This document shows, in pieces, positions 59,501-64,000 of a DNA stretch of 64,000 nt. Positions within the stretch are counted from its first letter, which is position 1. Every line of letters starts with the position of its first letter. A model generated the notes under the pieces. It worked only from the letters and a program-made list of their open reading frames with translations, was not told the origin of the DNA and did not search any database. A program made the position numbers and the translations under genes. This DNA comes from Eledone cirrhosa (Eukaryota), in contig OZ024742.1 in the NCBI GenBank assembly GCA_964016885.1, positions 342,240,001 to 342,304,000 on the forward strand, given 5' to 3'.

Positions 59501-62500
59501 AGTATGTGATCTACAGTGGTATGAAGTATGTGATCTACAGTGGTATGATGTATGTGATATCCAGTGGTATGAAGTATGTGATCTCCATTGGTATGAAGTA
59601 TGTGATCTGCAGTGACATGAAGTATGTGATCTACAGTGGTATGAAGTATGTGATCTTCAGTGGTATGAAGTATGTGATCTCCAGTGGTATGAATTATGTG
59701 ATCTACAGTGGTATGAATTATGTGATCTACAGTCGTATGAAGTATGTGATCTACAGTGGTATGAAGTATGTGATCTCCAATGGTATGAAGTATGTGATCT
59801 CCAGTGGTATGAAGTATGTGATCTACAGTGGTATGAAGTATGTGATCTACAGTGGTATGAAGTATGTGATCTCCAGTGGTATGAAGTATGTGATCTACAG
59901 TGGTATGAAGTATGTGATCTACAGTGGTATGAAGTATGTGATCTCCAGTGGTATGAAATTATGTGATCTCCAGTGGTATGAAGTATGTGATCTACAGTGG
60001 TATGAAGTATGTGATCTACAGTGATATGAAGTATGTGATCTACAGTGGTATGAAGTATGTGATATCCTGTGGTATGAAGTATGTGATCTCCATTGGTATG
60101 AAGTATGTGATCTCCAGTGGTATGAAGTATGTGATCTCCAGTGGTATGAAGTATGTGATCTCCAGTGGTATGAAGTATGTGATCTACAGTGGTATGAAGT
60201 ATGTGATCTACAGTGGTATGAAGTATGTGATCTACAGTGGTATGAAGTATGTGATATCTTGTGGTATGAAGTATATGATCTCCATTGGTATGAAGTATGT
60301 GATCTCCAGTGGTATGAAGTATGTGATCTACAGTGGTATGAAGTATGTGATCTCCAGTGGTATGAAGTATGTGATCTACAGTGGTATGAAGTATGTGATC
60401 TACAGTGGTATGAAGTATGTGATATCCTGTGGTATGAAGTATGTGATCTACAGTGGTATGAAGTATGTGATCTACAGTGGTATGAAGTATGTGATCTCCT
60501 GTGGTATGAAGTATGTGATCTCCAGTGGTATGAAGTATGTGATCTACAGTGGTATGAGGTATGTGATCTACAGTGGTATGAAGTATGTGATCTCCTGTGA
60601 TATGAAGTATGTGATCTACAGTGGTATGAAGTATGTGATCTACAGTGGTATGAAGTATGTGATCTCCAGTGGTATGAAGTATGTGATCTACAGTGGTATG
60701 AAGTATGTGATCTACAGTTGTATGATGTATGTGATCTCCAGTGGTATGAAGTATGTGATCTCCATTGGTATGAAGTATGTGATCTCCAGTGGTATGAAGT
60801 ATGTGATCTACAGTGGTATGAAGTATGTGATCTACAGTGGTATGAAGTATGTGATCTCCAGTGGTATGAAAGTATGCGATCTCCAGTGGTATGAGTATGT
60901 GATCTACAGTGGTATGAAGTATGTGATCTACAGTGATATGAAGTATGTGATCTACAGTGGTATGAAGTATGTGATATCCTGTGGTATGAAGTATGTGATC
61001 TCCATTGGTATGAAGTATGTGATCTCCAGTGGTATGAAGTATATGATCTCCAGTGGTATGAAGTATGTGATCTACAGTGGTATGAAGTATGTGATCTACA
61101 GTGGTATGAAGTATGTGATCTACAGTGGTATGAAGTATGTGATATCCTGTGGTATGAAGTATGTGATATCCTGTGGTATGAAGTATGTGATCTCCATTGG
61201 TATGAAGTATGTGATCTCCAGTGGTATGAAGTATGTGATCTCCAGTGGTATGATGTATGTGATCTCCAGTGGTATGAAGTATGTGATCTATAGTGGTATG
61301 AAGTATGTGATCTACAGTGGTATGAAGTATGTGATATCCTGTGGTATGAAGTATATGATCTCCATTGGTATGAAGTATGTGATCTCCAGTGGTATGAAGT
61401 ATGTGATCTACAGTGGTATGAAGTATGTGATCTCCAGTGGTATGAAGTATGTGATCTACAGTGGTATGAAGTATGTGATCTACAGTGGTATGAAGTATGT
61501 GATATCCTGTGGTATGAAGTATGTGATCTACAGTGGTATGAAGTATGTGATCTACAGTGGTATGAAGTATGTGATCTCCTGTGGTATGAAGTATGTGATC
61601 TCCAGTGGTATGAAGTATGTGATCTACAGTGATATGAGGTATGTGATCTACAGTGGTATGAAGTATGTGATCTCCTGTGATATGAAGTATGTGATCTACA
61701 GTGGTATGAAGTATGTGATCTACAGTGGTATGAAGTATGTGATCTCCAGTGGTATGAAGTATGTGATCTACAGTGGTATGAAGTATGTGATCTACAGTTG
61801 TATGATGTATGTGATCTCCAGTGGTATGAAGTATGTGATCTCCATTGGTATGAAGTATGTGATCTCCAGTGGTATGAAGTATGTGATCTACAGTGGTATG
61901 AAGTATGTGATCTCCAGTGGTATGAAGTATATGATCTACAGTGGTATGAAGTATGTGATCTACAATGGTATGAAGTATGTGATATCCTGTGGTATGAAGT
62001 ATGTGATCTACAGTGGTATGAAGTATGTGATCTACAGTGGTATGAAGTATGTGATCTCCTGTGGTATGAAGTATGTGATCTCCAGTGGTATGAAGTATAT
62101 GATCTCCATTGGTATGAAGTATGTGATCTCCAGTGGTATGAAGTATGTTATCTACAGTGGTATGAAGTATGTGATCTCCAGTGGTATGAAGTATGTGATC
62201 TACAGTGGTATGAAGTATGTGATCTACAGTGGTATGAAGTATGTGATCTCCAGTGGTATGAAGTATGTGATCTGCAGTGACATGAAGTATGTGATCTCCA
62301 GTGGTATGAAGTATGTGATCTCCAGGGGTATGAAGTATGTGATCTACAGTGGTATGAAGTATGTGATCTACAGTGGTATGAAGTATGTGATCTACAGTGG
62401 TATGAAGTATGTGATATCTTGTGGTATGAAGTATATGATCTCCATTGGTATGAAGTATGTGATCTCCAGTGGTATGAAGTATGTGATCTACAGTGGTATG

Positions 62501-64000
62501 AAGTATGTGATCTCCAGTGGTATGAATTATGTGATCTGCAGTGGTATGAAGTATGTGATCTACAGTGGTATGAAGTATGTGATATCCTGTGGTATGAAGT
62601 ATGTGATCTACAGTGGTATGAAGTATGTGATCTCCTGTGGTATGAAGTATGTGATCTCCAGTGGTATGAAGTATGTGATCTACAGTGATATGAGGTATGT
62701 GATCTACAGTGGTATGAAGTATGTGATCTCCTGTGATATGAAGTATGTGATCTACAGTGGTATGAAGTATGTGATCTACAGTGGTATGAAGTATGTGATC
62801 TCCAGTGGTATGAAGTATGTGATCTACAGTGGTCTGAAGTATGTGATCTACAGTTGTATGATGTATGTGATCTCCAGTGGTATGAAGTATGTGATCTCCA
62901 TTGGTATGAAGTATGTGATCTCCAGTGGTATGAAGTATGTGATCTACAGTGGTATGAAGTATGTGATCTCCAGTGGTATGAAGTATGTGATCTACAGTGG
63001 TATGAAGTATGTGATCTACAGTGGTATGAAGTATGTGATCTCCTGTGGTATGAAGTATGTGATCTCCAGTGGTATGAAGTATGTGATCTACAGTGATATG
63101 AGGTATGTGATCTACAGTGGTATGAAGTATGTGATCTCCAGTGGTATGAAGTATGTGATCTACAGTGGTATGAAGTATGTGATCTCCAGTGGTATGAAGT
63201 TTGTGATCTCCAGTGGTATGAAGTATGTGATCTAGAGTGGTATGAAGAATGTGATCTACAGTGGTATGAAATATGTGATCTCCAGTGCTATGAAGTATGT
63301 GATCTACAGTGGTATGAAGTATGTCAGCTCCAGTGGTATGAAGTATGTGATCTCCAGTGGTATGAAGTATGTGATCTACAGTGGTATGAAGTATGTGATC
63401 TCCAGTGGTATGAAGTATGTGATCTACAGTGGTATGAAGTGTGTGATCTACAGTGGTATGAAGTATGTGATATCCTGTGATATGAAGTATGTGATATCCG
63501 GTGGTATGAAGTATGTGATCTACAGTGGTATGAAGTATGTGATCTACAGTGGTATGAAGTATGTGATCTCCAGGGGTATGAAGTATGTGATCTACAGTGG
63601 TATGAAGTATGTGATCTACAGTGGTATGAAGTATGTGATCTACAGTGGTATGAAGTATGTGATCTCCAGTGGTATGAAAGTATGTGATCTCCAGTGGTAT
63701 GAAGTATGTGATCTCCAGTGGTATGAAGTATGTCAGCTCCAGTGGTATGAAGTATGTGATCTACAGTGGTATGAAGTATGTGATCTACAGTGGTATGATG
63801 TATGTGATATCCAGTGGTATGAAGTATGTGATCTCCATTGGTATGAAGTATGTGATCTGCAGTGACATGAAGTATGTGATCTACAGTGGTATGAAGTATG
63901 TGATCTTCAGTGGTATGAAGTATGTGATCTCCAGTGGTATGAATTATGTGATCTACAGTGGTATGAAGTATGTGATCTACAGTCGTATGAAGTATGTGAT
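56560..64000. repeat. Tandem block duplication, period 4,250 bp (177 monomers + 2 bp); second copy cut off by the window end
   Basis: ORFs 57548/61798, 58169/62419, 58604/62854 and 58992/63242, the compensating indel pair at 56621/60871, and the +A at about 59428/63678 all recur at +4250. Confidence 0.93.

Larger units (their letters stand above)
3..59510 (-). other. Apparently stop-free reading frame of about 19,800 codons, (TT[G/V]DHILH)n, open to the left edge of the window; coding status unproven
   Basis: In-frame minus-strand ATGs exist (plus-strand CAT at 2406, 19296, 22029, 30474, 53598), yet the ORF track lists nothing in this frame. That fits no downstream stop, if the track reports only stop-terminated ORFs. 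By eye I found no in-frame plus-strand TTA/CTA/TCA before CTA at 59511. The confidence refers to the frame being open, not to its being translated. Confidence 0.7.
1..64000. repeat. Tandem satellite/minisatellite array, 24-bp monomer ATGAAGTATGTGATCT(C/A)CAGTGGT, about 2,667 copies, extending beyond both window edges
   Basis: Seen directly: the 24-bp period holds throughout, with no spacers or unique inserts. Common monomer types end in ATCTACAGT, ATCTCCAGT, ATCTCCTGT or ATATCCTGT, with many rarer point variants. Confidence 0.99.

Noticed and set aside
1316-63096. (YEVCDLQW)n ORFs as Cys/Trp-rich proteins
   Set aside because: This is an alternative frame of the same repeat. It is often broken by TGG>TGA, and its starts are chance point variants.
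9-63865. Plus-strand ORFs of up to 4,276 aa encoding (MKYVI[S/Y]SG)n as real genes
   Set aside because: They follow automatically from a 24-bp unit. About 30 stop codons are scattered through the frame and copied along with duplicated blocks. There are no unique termini, domains or intergenic signals.
1-64000. CRISPR array
   Set aside because: The repeat length is in range, but the units are directly adjacent with no unique spacers, leader or cas genes.
1-64000. Telomerase-made long telomeric repeat like the 23-25 bp units of Candida or Kluyveromyces
   Set aside because: Unit size and G/T skew are superficially similar. However, those tracts are far shorter, and the inherited kilobase-scale variant patterns here indicate recombinational copying rather than templated addition. 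A subtelomeric location is not excluded.
1-64000. Bacterial or plasmid iterons, or a Dam-methylation regulatory cluster
   Set aside because: GATC is simply part of the monomer. There is no rep gene or origin context, and the scale is far beyond known iteron arrays.
1-64000. Synthetic data-encoding DNA or a sequencing concatemer
   Set aside because: Rare variants recur in nested, colinear blocks with small differences between copies. That fits evolutionary duplication rather than random error or design. Local misassembly remains possible.
1-64000. Inversions, hairpins, G-quadruplexes, RNA genes or transposon insertions
   Set aside because: No reverse-orientation monomers or non-repeat sequence were seen. 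The consensus has only a 4-bp palindrome and a single GG per unit.

Overview
The whole 64-kb window is one uninterrupted head-to-tail tandem array of a 24-bp monomer, consensus ATGAAGTATGTGATCT(C/A)CAGTGGT. It has about 2,667 copies, all in one orientation, is about 38-42% GC, and runs off both ends. I see no unique sequence, recognisable gene, RNA gene, mobile element or CRISPR spacer. It looks like satellite or minisatellite DNA, probably eukaryotic, though the host cannot be read from the sequence. The listed ORFs ((MKYVI[S/Y]SG)n, (YEVCDLQW)n, (SHTSYH[W/C]R)n) arise because the unit is 8 codons long. The structure lies in the order of variant monomers. These show nested duplications of about 0.5, 1.2, 2.3, 2.7, 3.3, 4.25 and 6.3 kb, long-range matches at 9.4, 14.4 and 50.4 kb, eight copies of one 3-bp deletion, and a distinct right-hand domain holding all the 1-bp indels. 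The most unusual observation is absent from the ORF track: the minus-strand frame (TT[G/V]DHILH)n appears stop-free for about 59.5 kb. Codon composition can explain much of this, so coding function is not established. All offsets were read by eye from marker variants and ORF coordinates, and block boundaries are approximate.
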